A stretch of 64,000 nucleotides of DNA from Eledone cirrhosa (lineage: Eukaryota), in assembly GCA_964016885.1 (NCBI GenBank), contig OZ024742.1, positions 64,790,001 through 64,854,000 of the forward strand, given 5' to 3'. Below, piece after piece: positions 1-13,450 of this stretch. The notes under the pieces were generated by a model that was given only the letters and a program-made list of their open reading frames with translations, was not told the DNA's origin and ran no database searches. The position numbers and the translations under genes are program-made. Each line of letters starts with the position of its first letter. Position 1 is the first letter of the stretch.

Positions 1-68
1 TGTAGAAGCCACCTGTATTTGAAATATACAATGTACCTTCTCTATTTAATGGTTTGAGTACCTTATTT

Positions 69-256
69 AATAATTGTTTCTACTTTTCACAAGGCCAGCA
101 ATTATTTCAGTGCATTACTGGTACTTTATTTTATCGACCCTGTAAGGATGAAAGGCAAAGTTAACGTCGGCGGGATTTGAACTCAGAATGGCAAGGGCCG
201 TAACTCTATGCGTCAAAACATGGTGTCCGATCCTCTACTGATACTGCCAATCCCCT
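69..256 (-). mobile_element. tRNA-derived SINE, family 1
   Basis: Reverse complement has the A-box TGGCAGTATC, B-box GAGTTCAAATCC, body ...CTTTGCCTTTCATCCTTAC... and tail GTAGAAACAATTATT; matches the TSD-flanked copy at 10112-10298. Confidence 0.85.
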
Positions 257-494
257 TTTTTTGTTCTTCAGAAAACCATTCTTCATTATATACATATATA
301 TATGTGTATGTGTGAGTATGTGAATGTGTATAAAAGTAATAACAAAAATAACAAAACAAAGGCACAATACATAGAATATATTAGTTTAACGCTTGAGGTG
401 AAGATGAGGTTGGAGAGATGTAGGTAGGATTGTAAAGTTCCAGAGAATGTATACATTTTTGGGGGACACCGTGTGTGTGTGTATATATATATAT

Positions 495-678
495 TAGAAA
501 GTTAGGTTTTTTTTACAAAATGAAAAAAAAACGAGTGAAAGTATAAGGAAAAAAGATGAAATTGAAAATGCAATTCTACTTTTGAAAAGCACAAGAACTG
601 CGAAACCGGTAAAAGAACCAAATAAATATATTTATTTTAAAAAAAGACTCCAGTTGCATTTTCGATTTCATCTTTTTT

Positions 679-685
<7 letters not shown>
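495..685. mobile_element. Short inverted PLE 3'-end insertion in (TA)n with a hammerhead-like remnant (577-616)
   Basis: 542-573 is the reverse complement of 654-685 (1 mismatch). Between them lies TTGAAAA-GCA..TGC-GAAA-CCGG-TA. Both outer ends abut (TA)n. Confidence 0.55.
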
Positions 686-731
<46 letters not shown>

Positions 732-839
732 TGTATGTATGTATATATATATATATATATGTGTGTGTGTATGTGTATAACATTGCCCAGTCAATAGATA
801 GTGACATTATAAATTTACTTATCACCGCCAACAATGTTT

Positions 840-1085
<246 letters not shown>

Positions 1086-1089
<4 letters not shown>

Positions 1090-1212
1090 GAAACCACTGG
1101 TAAATGGAATAATTGCCTTATGTTGTTTATTACATAACTATATATATATATATATATAAATGAAACCACTGGTAAATGGAATAATTGCCTTATGTTGTTT
1201 ATTACATAACTA
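1086..1212. repeat. 55-bp direct repeat separated by (TA)n
   Basis: AAATGAAACCACTGG...TACATAACTA at 1086-1140 and 1158-1212. Confidence 0.9.
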
Positions 1213-1685
1213 TATGTATATATATATATATATATATGCGTGTTTGTGTGTGTTAACAGTGTTATATATTATGTATGAACAACGTGAATAATGTTGCGCG
1301 CGTGTATATATATATATATAATAACAATGAAAATGATTGTAATAAGGCTTACACAATAATTTCGTGTAAGCAATGTGTGAGCAATGAAGAAAATCATCAG
1401 TGGTTGTTACACAATACTCACGGTGACGTTGAAATCATCAGTGGTTGTTACACAATACTCACGGTGATGTTGAAAGGTAACGGAAGAATATATAAGAGTG
1501 GTTTGTGTGAAGAGTGAGAGAGAGACTAAATACCAAACCAACAACAATAACTACAAATATAGATCTCGGTCAGCAGCCAGGAGTTAATGTAAACAACACA
1601 CATGCGTAAACAAACACACACATAACGCGTGTACACGCACACACACACATATATATAGCTCAGCTGTCGGGGTCTTACTTGTTCC

Positions 1686-1730
<45 letters not shown>

Positions 1731-1855
1731 GTTTTCCAGGGTCATAGGATTGTCATGAGATATACATTTGTGTGTATATATATGTATGTGTGTGAGTATG
1801 TATGTGTTTGTGTGTGTTTATTTGTATGTGAGTATATATGTATGTATATTTAGTG

Positions 1856-2085
1856 AAGGCGCGTGGCTTAGCAGTTAGAAAATAGGATTCGCAATCGGGA
1901 GGCTGCAGGTTCTCTGACCGGATGATGCGTCATGTCCTTGAGCAAGACATTGTATTTTACGCTGTGACTGGTAGATAGTATTAGCAATGGAATGTCCAAC
2001 GGAAACATTGTCCCTTGGTCTGATTTGACGACTTCCACCCCACTCGGTAAACGGAGGAGGTCTGGGATCTTGTCGAGCGTCCAAA
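1856..2085 (+). mobile_element. tRNA-derived SINE, family 2 (diverged)
   Basis: GGCGCGTGGCTTAGCAGTTAG head and central CCTTGAGCAAGACA motif, shared with 53423-53803. Confidence 0.65.
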
Positions 2086-2590
2086 GAAAAAATAAATTGT
2101 ATATTAATGTGTGCTCTAAACAGCCACAGTAATCGATATAATCTGAACAGAGGTAGCCATCATTGAGTAGACATGTAAACATGTCAAATATACATATTTC
2201 CTAGTAAATTGAAAAGATATATATATATACATACTTTGGAAGGGCCATCTTGCCAATGAAAACACACTCACCATTAAGTTTCACTTTTGTTTTAGTATTA
2301 GTCACGTAACTAATCCACCCTCGGTTAGATACATGACTAATCATAAAATCAAAGTGAAACTCACTGGTGCATGTGTTTTTGTTGGCAGTATGACCTCCCA
2401 ATGTATAACAATGTCTGTTTCAGCATACCATATATATATTCATTTCATTTTACGTCCTCTTTTTCCCTGCTTGCAAGGGTGGGACGGGAACTGATTTTGG
2501 CTTGATTTCTACAGTTGGATGCCCTTCCTAACACCAACCTCATTTACAGTGAGTGCTGGGTGCTTTATATATATATATATATATATATAT

Positions 2591-2722
2591 AGTGGTGGAA
2601 CACTGGAAGGTAATATCCGTAGTGGTAGAGCACTCAGTCCATGGGACGAGTTAGGTAGAAGTGGTTACACAACAGTTAGTTCACTATACCGAGTATAGTG
2701 AACTAACTGTTGTGTAATTACT

Positions 2723-2723
<1 letters not shown>
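2591..2723. mobile_element. Fold-back fragment in (TA)n, probable PLE 3' end
   Basis: Palindrome at 2659-2723 (loop CGA) plus a one-sided extension; flanked by TA on both sides, the same architecture as the other PLE fragments. Confidence 0.5.
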
Positions 2724-2812
<89 letters not shown>

Positions 2813-2816
<4 letters not shown>

Positions 2817-3071
2817 AAATAATTTTAATTTAATTTAATTAAGGGAGTCATGTCCGAGACATGCGCCATATCCACCGTAGAATAAGCTCAAAGATTCCAA
2901 TGAATAGATCCGAGCATTTTATATCAACTAGAAATTGATTGACATATATATATATATTTAAAATAAACACATGAAACAATCACAGGAGATAATTTACAAA
3001 TTATCCCCTGTGATTGTTTCATGTGTTTATTTTAAATATATATATATGTCAATCAATTTCTAGTTGATATA
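2813..3071 (-). mobile_element. PLE-type 3'-end fragment, family B, with a 150-bp fold-back palindrome (2920-3071)
   Basis: 2813-2945 is homologous (reverse) to 19790-19950. Both ends abut TA; arms are near-perfect with a 2-nt loop at about 2996. Confidence 0.65.
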
Positions 3072-3090
3072 TATAAATATATATATATAT

Positions 3091-3500
3091 TTCAAGTAAT
3101 GCCATCGCTTGATACTTAAGCATGAGCATCATGGATGTGGCTTTTTAGTCCTGCTGGGGACATGCCTATGCCTAGCAATACCATGCATCGCAAAAAATGT
3201 CACATATCAAGGGATGCCTGTGCTTGAAGCTTTTTTAAGTGAGGAAAGGTTTTGCATGGGGCCAATCCCACTCTCTGAACATCGAATGCATTTGCCCCAA
3301 AACAAGAACTGGTCAACATCATTGGATGCAAACAATGTTGCAGGTTTTATATCAGAGTGACCTTCTCCTAGAGAGATGTCTTAATGAAGACTAGTAGTCT
3401 CTCGCTCCACAAAAAAAAAACACCTTATTGGATGGCCGTTGCCTCGCCTGAGTTCCTTTGCTCTTTGACGGGTTTTGTTTTTCATCCCGTCATACATACA
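3091..3500. repeat. Unclassified interspersed repeat (copies at 34488-35000 and 48088-48520)
   Basis: Shared blocks such as GATGCCTGTGCTTGAA, GCATTTGCCCCAAAACAAGAACTGGTCAACATCATTGGATGCAAAC and CTTTTTAGTCC; each copy starts at a TA tract. Confidence 0.75.
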
Positions 3501-3695
3501 CACACACATATATATGGTGCAGTTGAATTTTGTAATAAATATCCAAGATCTAGGGGACAAATTCATTTTCTGAATACACATGTTTCATTAGGAGGATAGA
3601 CCCTCCTAGTGAAATACGTGTATTTGGAAAATGTATTGTTGGTGTAATAAAATAGATTATCATCATTGTCATTTTACCGTCCACTTTCCCTACGT

Positions 3696-4227
3696 TTCAA
3701 CAGCTAGTTCCAATATCTATTGAAACAGTCAAGTGGTTAAGACGTTTACTGCGATCTGTCGACCAGCTACATTTCCAACCTGTGGATTTCGAGACGTTCG
3801 GGGGAGTCCGGCTGCTGACTGCGAGTTTCCTCTCTTCACTGGCGGCGCGCCTAATAAAGATATCTGGGGAATCTCGCGACGGCTCTTGGCTGTTCCAGCG
3901 CATCAGCCTGGCCATCACACGAGGTAACGCTGCGAGCGTGCTGGTTTGCCTCAAAAATCATTAGAGAGGTTTCCCAGTATTCCTCGCGACGCTGCTGTCT
4001 TTTACTCTGATGGTGGCTCGGTTGTCCACCCCTTCCTTTATATCCTTCTGAAAGAATCGCGAGCAATTTATAATGTTATTTAAGCATTTGTAATGTTATT
4101 TATGTATATATTTAAAACATATTTGCTATGTTATTCTACTGTAAATTTATTTATATGCTTTGTATATATTATATGTGTTTATATTTTCATTCAGTAAGCC
4201 TTATATTATTATATCTTTTAAAATAAA
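3696..4227 (+). mobile_element. 5'-truncated CRE-clade-like non-LTR retrotransposon (end of the restriction-like endonuclease plus 3' UTR)
   Basis: 3782-3964 translates FETFGG...FLSSLAARL...G.SRDGSWLFQRISLAITRGNAASVL, matching the ETxG...FLxQRxSxAxQRGNA C-terminus of CRE-type RLE elements. Confidence 0.65.
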
Positions 4228-4583
4228 GTACCATTAATGCACTGGGATAATTGCTGGCCTTGTGCCAAAAGTAGAAACAATTTTTATATCTTTATCCAAC
4301 TGTGAATAAATATATGTATATATAACTATATATAAATATATATGTATATATATAACTGTGAATATATATATATATATATAATATTAGGGATACTATTTAT
4401 AGTTATGTATATATTAAAACTTTTTATAGTTATGTATATTTTAAACCCTAAACAGTGAAGGTCAGTAATTTATTACTACCTTATTACCAGTAAGATAAAT
4501 AGCTCAATGTAATAACATCAGTTGTTCTACAGAGCAGTTATATAGAATTCACAAGAACCAAAGCTATGTTCAAAGCATTTATT

Positions 4584-4630
4584 CACTTACAATTGTTTCA
4601 TCCAAACCTAGGCTTGGAATCTTCGGAGCA
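4584..4630 (-). ncRNA. Type I hammerhead ribozyme, variant core CCGAAGA
   Basis: TGCT-CCGAAGA-TTCCAAGCC TA GGTTTGGAT-GAAA-CAATTG-TA-AGTG; palindromic stem III, GUA site, weak stem I. Confidence 0.6.
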
Positions 4631-6122
4631 CTTTTCAATGTTTGTACACATAATTGACCCCCTTTCCAACGCAAGAGACATACAGATACATATATATATA
4701 TATTGATGTACAGTGGAGTGGCATATATTATACTATACTATTTTTGTACAGCAATTCAAATTCAAAATCAAAATAAAAATAAAAATCAAAATTAAAATAC
4801 ATTCGGCAGATAGCACAGATAATGCAAGAGGATAGTTTGATAGTCAGGTCTAGTAGGTAGTGTATGCGTTAGTTACACGTGGAGCATGCAAGTATGTCTC
4901 ATTTTTATACTATTATTGTGTGGCAGGGTGTTACACGTAATGCAAGCACTTTAAGCGGGTAAGCAAGATTATTATGGTGGTTGTAGTGGTAAGGTATTTT
5001 TTGTATAGAACAAAAAAGTATGTGTTCAGAAAAATAAAAATAAAAAGAAGCAAAATAAAGTTATGGTTTTCGTATCCACCATCATTTTCACATTCAGAAA
5101 AAGTAAGAAATAGTTTCTACATCCATCACATAAGTAACGCTGATTCCGTATTGAATGTTTGATGCATTAAAATAAATTATTTTAGCGTATTGAGGCTCAG
5201 TGTTATTTAATCCAAGTTTATAGAATAGGTTGATTCTGCTGCGAGAATTTACAGTGGTTTATTACCCGGAAGTATGTGTGTAATTAAGGGGAGTTAATGC
5301 GTAAGAGGAGGTAACTAGTCGAATCTCATAACTAAGTTCATTGTTCTAACATACATTATAAGGCGCCTCAATTGAGTCCCTTATATAGACGGTTATACAT
5401 TTATATCTAGTTTCCAATTTTAAATACAGTCTACTCTATCATGATGTACTAAAGGTATCTATATTAAGTTGATTACTCCCTATTATATAGTGCTACAATT
5501 GAATATTCCTTACAAAGTGCCATACCTTTATATCAAAGTTCACTGTAAATGCAGTCTACTCTCAGAACATATCAGGGGACCTATTAGAATTTTGTCTATA
5601 TAACCCCTGGCAAGTTATGGAGCAGCGTATGGCTGTTTGCATGGCAAAACAAAATATATCTCCAGGGCAGACAAATACATCACCCATTTACAATGTCATT
5701 AATCTATCCATCAAGTTATACTTGCATATATAATTCATATATAATTCATATATAATTCATACATAATTCATTGCGGCACCCTACATATAAGTTAGACAGA
5801 TCTCTTATGTTAATAAATTAATCTTATATATATCCAATGTTATCACTCCATACATTTAATTACAAATGCATAAATAATTCATTGCCGTATCTAGTATTTA
5901 AAGTTTATATAGACCGTATTGTATCATTATATAATTATAAGTAATTGAAAGTAGTTATATTAAAAGAAGGTGTTTATGGGGATATTTCTAGAGTATAAAG
6001 TTATAGATAGATGGAATGATTTGTGTCGAGATAGGGTGGATCAGAGAGTGTGGAGTTGTGGTGTAAGGTGTGCCCTTGAGGTGTGGAGTTAGAAGTGGTG
6101 ATGGGTTCAAGTCCGACATTGT

Positions 6123-7385
6123 TATATATTGGGTTTAAAGTTTTGGAAGGAGTGCTGGTAGCGGTGCTGGCACGACGCAAACACTTCCGATTTTTTATTA
6201 AGGAGGTTATGGTTTGAGAAGATTATAGTATGGGTCTCTAGTAGACAGAGGTTACAGAATTTATTAGGTGGTTTGTACGATGCCGCCTTACCTATCACTT
6301 CCCATTGGAGTGTATAAGATCAATTTCTAGTTTTCAGATAGTGTATGTAGCTAGATAGTGAAGTGGAGTTGGCTAGACTGTGTTTTTTGAAAGAATGGAG
6401 TTGTGAATTGTATCTGGTTTTGAAGCAGTTCGAAGTAGAGCCTATATAGGTTTCAGAAGAGTTGCTGGCTCTGACGGTGCATGAGTATATGATGTCCTTG
6501 ATTAAGCAGTTTTTATCTAAAGGGCAGGTTCTATTAGATCTACAGTTACAATTATTTTGGATGTTAACCTGCCGGTTATTATGTTGTGTAGAAATCTGGT
6601 TGCTAGGTATTGCATTATGGCTATGGGGGTAGTCGCTCCTAGCGTTATTGCTTTCACTAGTGCTATTACTATTATTACTATTGATATTAGGGTTTGCAGG
6701 TATTACGTTGTTTTGAAGGTTTACCCCCTGCTGTGTTTTAGTTTGTTGGAAGTAAGTATTAATTTTTCTTTTATTGCTACTAGCTATGTGGTATGCTATG
6801 TTAGGCGTGGTAGAGTAGGAGATTTTAATGGTGTTTTTATTTATAAGACTTTGGTACTTGTGGTCAGATGGGAGTTTTTATCTATGAGTGAGAAGAAAGC
6901 CTTAGGTAGGTTGGTAGAGACGTTTAGATTGAAAGGGAGGTTGAAAAATGTATTATTTCTTCTTCTATTTTTGTTTTTTATGTCTGGTGAGATGCTTTCG
7001 TTTATGGTATTTTGGTGTCCTCACTGGTGTAGGTTACGTTTGTTGCCACCCTTCATACTAGTGTGTGTGTGGTTATTATTCTTATTACTATTTTTCCTCG
7101 TGGACATATTGTGTGAAATAATGTTGTAACTATGTGTTTTTATAGGTAGGAACTCGATCTCATTATTATGGCCTGATCTAGCTAATGCCTGATTATAGTA
7201 TTGTGAGTTTTTGCTAAATACGGTTTCGTCATAAGATAGATTAGAGATTCTATTGGATATTCCTTTAGAGATAGAGCTTAATATTGATCTAGGGTGGTTA
7301 GACTTGGTATCTACGTAAATCAGTTTTTCGTTAGGTTTATGGAATGGTGTATATATCTTAGAGTCTAGGTAAAGGGTGGCATCTA
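6123..7385 (-). pseudogene. PLE RT thumb plus GIY-YIG endonuclease (frameshifted)
   Basis: Reads YTPFHKPNEKLIYVDTKSNHPRSIL...NCNCRSNRTCPLDKNCLIKDIIYSC...YIGSTSNCFKTR...CNLCLLE...LLNKKSE...CQH. Confidence 0.85.
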
Positions 7386-7463
7386 GGAAGACTCCAAGCC
7401 TAGGTTTGGATGAAACAATTGTAAGTGAATAAATGCTTTAGCCATAGCTTTGATTCTTGTGAA

Positions 7464-7788
<325 letters not shown>

Positions 7789-7827
7789 GATATTAATAAA
7801 TGGAAACTATATTTATAAAACCATATT

Positions 7828-7892
7828 TATTTCATTATACATATTTCAGGGATACCACATTAAATTATGGTATTCCTTCATCAGACAAAATA
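7828..7892 (-). ncRNA. Minimal type I hammerhead ribozyme (family A)
   Basis: Reverse complement is TATTTTGT-CTGATGA-stem II-GAAA-TATGTA-TA-ATGAAATA. Confidence 0.85.
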
Positions 7893-8188
7893 CAATATAT
7901 AACAGTTTTACAAATAGGTTTGACGTACCCTTTAAAATACAACCATTACTTTTGGAGGCTGTCTGGATAGTGATTTGATCATATAATAAGTCATAGTGTT
8001 AAGCACAATTAGAAAAAGACGGAGAGAAAGAAAGAGAAAAGAACAAAGACAGAGAGAGAAAGAAAGAAAACCTGGAGAAATATCGGAAAGAGACAGAAAA
8101 GTATGGAGAAAAGAAAGAGATAGATAAAGAAAGGAGGAAATAAAAGAAAGAAAAGGAAGGAATAAGAAAAACAAAGGAATAAGAAAAA

Positions 8189-9027
8189 CTGAATAGAGCT
8201 GGATATAGAAATAAAATTAAATACATCGATAATAATAATAATAAGCAAACTAACCAAAATAATAACAATTTCAATTACGGTAACAACTTTAACAACTATA
8301 ATAGAAATCATTACAATAATTCCAAAAGCCGAAAAAGAAATAGAACTAAAAATATATTATGGTTTGCTCCCCCTTTCTCACTAAATATTAAAACCCCTAT
8401 TGCTAAACTATTCTTTAAAGCTCTTGACACACGCTTCCCTAGAACACATAAATATCACTCAATTTTTAATAGACACACTATAAAATTAACTTACTCGTCC
8501 ACCAAAAACTTAGCACAAAATATTAATAGAATTAATAATAGGAATTTAAAACCTAACCAAAATACCAATAATAACCCAAACAATATTCAATTAAATAACT
8601 GTAACTGTAGAAATAAATCCAACTGTCCGTTAAGTAACAACTGCTTAGCTAAAAATGTAGTGTACAATTGTAATGTTAAAACTAATTTAAATTCATTTAA
8701 CTATGTTGGTTCCACCTCTACAGAATTTAAATTTCGCTTCAATAATCATAAGAATTCTTTCACAGATCCAAACAAAAATCTTCAACTTCGCTATCTAGCC
8801 TACTATAGGATCTAAAACGAGATAATATTAAATATTCGATGAATTGGAATATTATCTCACAGGGTACTCCTTTTAATTCCTCTTCAGAAAATTGTGATCT
8901 TTGTATTGAAGAAATATTCTTTATATTAAAGTCCAAAAATTCCCTTAATCTGAGGAACAATTTATTCAGTTGCTGCAGACATAGATTGAACTCAACGTTT
9001 AAATATAAATATAAATTTAAAATGTAG
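8189..9027 (+). pseudogene. PLE thumb/linker plus GIY-YIG endonuclease (frameshift and stop)
   Basis: KNILWFAPPFSLNIKTPIAKLFF...HKYHSIFNRHTIKLTYSST...CNCRNKSNCPLSNNCLAKNVVYNC...YVGSTSTEFKFRFNNH...CDLCIEE...LNLRNNLFSCCRH. Confidence 0.85.
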
Positions 9028-10111
9028 TATAATTAATTAAGTAATTTTAGTTAATATATAGAACCTGTCGATGATCCATTAGATTCCTTCACCTTTTTCT
9101 TTTTAAACTTTCTTCCTAAATATAAACATGGATATAATAAACTACTCTAAAATGTCTATACTTCCAATGTATTAAATAAAATATACGTAAGGTAAATTTC
9201 TATATTAAATATAAATATAAGGTTATCTGTAGAATCATTGGGTTTTTAAATTTTTTAATCTTTTAAATTATTTTTATTTGTTTTGATTATGATAGCTTCT
9301 CATAACTTTCACAAGTCTACCCTCTCAATATCTTGATTGAGATATACGTAGGATAAATTTCTATACTAAATATATAACATATTATTTTAACTTAAGATAC
9401 TCTATAGTGTTTTAATGATATTTAATGCTTTGATATTTCTAGATTTCTTTTGACTATATAGTTGCATTTTAAATTTGTATTGTTATGGTTATATTTATAA
9501 ATTATAACCCTTTGGTAATTTATTGATATTGGATTATCTCTATACAAATGCATATGTGTGTATTAACATGCATAGAAAGTGTTATAGATTTTTTGTGTTT
9601 GTATATCTGTCTGTATATATACATGAGTGATGCATGAGGATGCACGCAGATATTTATTATACATATGTATGTCTATATATGTGTGTGTATATATCTATGT
9701 GGTTGAGAGGTATGTTGCAGATGTGCATAATATTAAACACATGAATGGTAATCCTATATATGAGGACATGATTGTTAATCGTATATATTTGTATATATAT
9801 AATGTGAAACTTTTATAACACAATGAGTGTATAGCAGTGATTAAGAGAAATTATTTACGTTTTGTATGGCTATATTGTTGGCTTGAGTAAACATAATTTC
9901 TATTTTCAGGACGTGCGTATCTATATGTATGTATATATACATATGTATTTGTATGTCTTTGCATAAAATACTAATCTCTATACCAAGGGTACATTTTGAA
10001 CTCAGATTTTGGTATATTGATCTCAAGTTTCTAAACTAAACATGTGGTCATTATTGAACAATGGTTAATTTTTCATATTATATATCTATGTCTCATTCAT
10101 GAATATTGATA

Positions 10112-10298
10112 GAGGGCGGTGGATTGGCAGTATCGGTAGAGGGTCGGACGCCGTGCTTTCCAGCATAGTTGCGTCCCTTTATGATCTGAATTCAAATCCC
10201 GCCGAGGTTGACTTTGCCTTTCATCCTTACGGGGTCGATGAAGTGAAGTACCAGTAATGCACTGAGTAATTGCTGGCCTTGTGCCTAAAGTAGAAACA
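10112..10298 (+). mobile_element. Full-length SINE family 1 inserted in the PLE 3' UTR, 17-bp TSD
   Basis: ATTCATGAATATTGATA at 10095-10111 and 10299-10315; Pol III A and B boxes. Confidence 0.92.
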
Positions 10299-10757
10299 AT
10301 TCATGAATATTGATACTTATATTTATATTTTTATTATTCATTTCATATAAATTGTTAACTTAACTTAATATGACATGACGTAAAGTTGTCACTGTCCCCC
10401 TCTCTCTATATAGTATTTCTCTCTCTTGAGTTTCTCTTTCTGTATGATGACTTGATATCTATCTGTTGCTTTCCTTTGTTTTTCTTATTCCTTCCTTTTC
10501 TTTCTTTTATTTCCTCCTATCTTTATCTATCTCTTTCTTTTCTCCATACTTTTCTGTCTCTTTCCGATATTTCTCCAGGTTTTCTTTCTTTCTCTCTCTG
10601 TCTTTGTTCTTTTCTCTTTCTTTCTCTCCGTCTTTTTCTAATTGTGCTTAACACTATGACTTATTATATGATCAAATCACTATCCAGACAGCCTCCAAAA
10701 GTAATGGTTGTATTTTAAAGGGTACGTCAAACCTATTTGTAAAACTGTTATATATTG

Positions 10758-10822
10758 TATTTTGTCTGATGAAGGCATACCATAATTTAATGTGGTATCC
10801 CTGAAATATGTATAATGAAATA
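10758..10822 (+). ncRNA. Minimal type I hammerhead ribozyme (family A), predicted cleavage after 10814
   Basis: TATTTTGT-CTGATGA-AGG C ATACCATA ATTTAA TGTGGTAT C CCT-GAAA-TATGTA-TA-ATGAAATA; 8-bp stem I. Confidence 0.88.
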
Positions 10823-10950
10823 AATATGGTTTTATAAATATAGTTTCCATTTATTAATATCGTATATCTACTCCAAAAAAAATTTGTCGAGTGCTTTATT
10901 TCAGTTATAAAAATATTTACTTGTATCCCAACAATTTTAAATAGAACTTT

Positions 10951-10987
<37 letters not shown>

Positions 10988-11160
10988 CTTGACACGAGTA
11001 GGAATTGAACATATATATGTAGATAAAAGTTTCAAATATATATATATATATATATTTATTCACAGTTATATATATATATATAAAAACATGAGAAGAAAGA
11101 AGAATACTGCGTGGTTGCACATGGGTTACATATGATAAAATTAGTCCCTCGTCAGTGATT

Positions 11161-11224
<64 letters not shown>

Positions 11225-11280
11225 ACTGCCATGACTGAATTTTAACCATCTACTTAGTCAAGGTATGTCATGCACCATCT

Positions 11281-11347
11281 TATTTTATCTGACGAGTACA
11301 TACTGTTGAAGATAGCTCAGTACCTCTGAAATATGTATAATAAAATA
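11281..11347 (+). ncRNA. Type I hammerhead (family A-like; base of stem II decayed) in a 165-bp TA-flanked fragment
   Basis: TATTTTAT-CTGACGA-...TACTG..CAGTA...-GAAA-TATGTA-TA-ATAAAATA; perfect stem I. Confidence 0.7.
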
Positions 11348-11384
11348 TACTTGATCACACGAATGTCTATATTTGTTAATATTT

Positions 11385-11431
<47 letters not shown>

Positions 11432-11439
11432 CGTGTCAA

Positions 11440-11494
<55 letters not shown>

Positions 11495-11500
11495 TGTCAA

Positions 11501-11554
<54 letters not shown>

Positions 11555-11557
<3 letters not shown>

Positions 11558-11745
11558 GAACAAGTATGACCCCGACGGCAGAGCTCAAGCCGTTTCGACG
11601 GCTATTTCGTCCAGAAATAGCCGTCGAAACGGCTTGAGCTCTGCCGTCGGGGCCATACTTGTTCCTATTACCCACTCTACTACCCTAAGTATTGAGTACT
11701 TTGGTGCGTTATGGTCCATCTGGTACCTTACCACAATTCCTTCGC
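11555..11745 (+). mobile_element. PLE 3'-end fragment, family C, with 111-bp palindrome (11556-11666) folded at hammerhead stem II
   Basis: The right arm keeps GAAA-CGGC-loop-GCCG-TC (stem III and GUC site); the CUGANGA half is replaced by the mirror arm. A related micro-fragment lies at 1657-1686. Confidence 0.7.
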
Positions 11746-12059
11746 TATATATATATATATATATATATATATACTATATATAAACGGAAAAAATGAAACG
11801 AAATTTTATTTCCCACTCTTAGTACGGCTGTTACTTAAATATAAGTATGTACACGTACATACATATATGTATACAGACGTACAGTAGTATGTATATATAT
11901 ACATACATGTACACATATATACATGCACGTATGAATTCACCGAACATTTATTATAATGCTCGGTGTGTTTGTAAACATCCCGTATTAAGCCGTAATGTCC
12001 AGCAGCCATCGTTGCTCGTTTGTTCATATATATATATATCTTTTGAGAAACATAGTATG

Positions 12060-13450
12060 TTGTATACATATACATATAGAGCAAATAATATTCAGGAAAA
12101 TATACATTTAGCAGCAGTTGGTTTGTCTATTGTTACCTGGTTGATTTGTAATAGTAGTGATGAAGTTGATAAGTAAATAGCTTGTTGGTCGAATAATAGC
12201 AAGTAAGTGAAGTTTGTTTCTATATGTTGCAACTAACATGTGCGAATGCTAAATTTGTTTTGATTTAGGTCTAGGCTGTTGCAATCCGAAAGTTATTCCG
12301 TTACTTCAAAACTAGTGGGATGTGAAACAGTAGAAGAGAGAAAAGTTACCTCGTAATACCCAACAGAATTCATTTTGCATACCTGTGTTTGTATGAAAAT
12401 ACAATTTGGAACTGTTTGTAGCAATGTATGTAAACATAAAACAAATTACATGCAAGGCACAGAAAGATTCAATTGAAGGCAAAGAAAAACACAAATTATA
12501 TATATAAAAACGAAAACGTCTGTCTTTATACAGGCGATGCTTTTCCACAGTTTCCATTTGATTTTGTTCAAGTTTAATACATAAAGTTTAAATCTTGCTC
12601 TCCTCTAAAATAGCAGAGTTCGGGGGTTATTTAAAGATGGCCATGTTGGGGAGAGAAGGGGTCTTTATTTACAGTCGCGAAAAGTATGCCCAGCAACAAC
12701 GGGCTCTTTTGCTAGTTATATAACATTTTATTGCATGAGTGCATGAGTGCATTTCTTGAATGAGTCTGATTTCACCCTCACAGATGTTATTGTTATATAA
12801 TTTGTTGGCATTGCTGTTGCCACAAGTGTTTTTGTTGTTATTGCTGCATAACTTGTTGCCACATGTGTTTTTACTGCTCCTGTGGTTATAGCATTGATCG
12901 ATTGATATCAATAGCTCGTGGATGTAACAATTTTGCATTTGGGACGTAGTGCTGTATTTTGATGAAAGTTGAGTTCATCAAAGGTTGAGTCCATATACTT
13001 TTTGTGTTGAGTTTGTTTGGGGTTATTTTTTGTAAAAGTTGAATGTTTGTTGAGACTATCAGAAAGTTCTGTGTTTATAAAACTGTTCTGACTCCAGCGT
13101 CGTCCAGCCACCAATTCAAGTGTGTGTGACGAGTGTAAGTTCTTTTCCGAGGTCGGGTCACCAATTTAGCGATGGTTGATATGAGTTTGGGTTTGATTGT
13201 TGTCTGATTGATTCGTTCATTTCTAGTAATAATAGTAGTGATGAAGTGTGAAGTTGATGTGTGAGTTGCTTGTTGGTTGAATAATGGCAATAGAGTAAGT
13301 GAAGTTGGTCTCAGTGAGTTGAGAGAAGATTTGCCATGTTCGAGGAAACAAGTTGTATTGCATGTGGTGTGAATTGATATTATAAAGGGGAAGATGATTT
13401 TCCCATATCAAATGTATAAGAATTAATAAATGAACACGACACCGCTAATT
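12060..13450 (-). mobile_element. Possible internally deleted Gypsy-like LTR element
   Basis: Diverged direct repeats at about 12130-12220 and 13200-13310; PBS-like AATTGGTGACCCGAC on the minus strand at about 13152-13166. Confidence 0.35.

Larger units (their letters stand above)
7787..10953 (+). mobile_element. Penelope-like element, family A, with an inverted arm (7787-8179, reverse of about 10470-10862)
   Basis: Endonuclease ORF remnant, 1.9-kb 3' UTR, hammerheads in both arms, both ends in (TA)n. Confidence 0.9.

Noticed and set aside
6557-7129. 190-aa hydrophobic plus-strand ORF
   Set aside because: Antisense to the Asn/Lys-rich PLE ORF on the minus strand.
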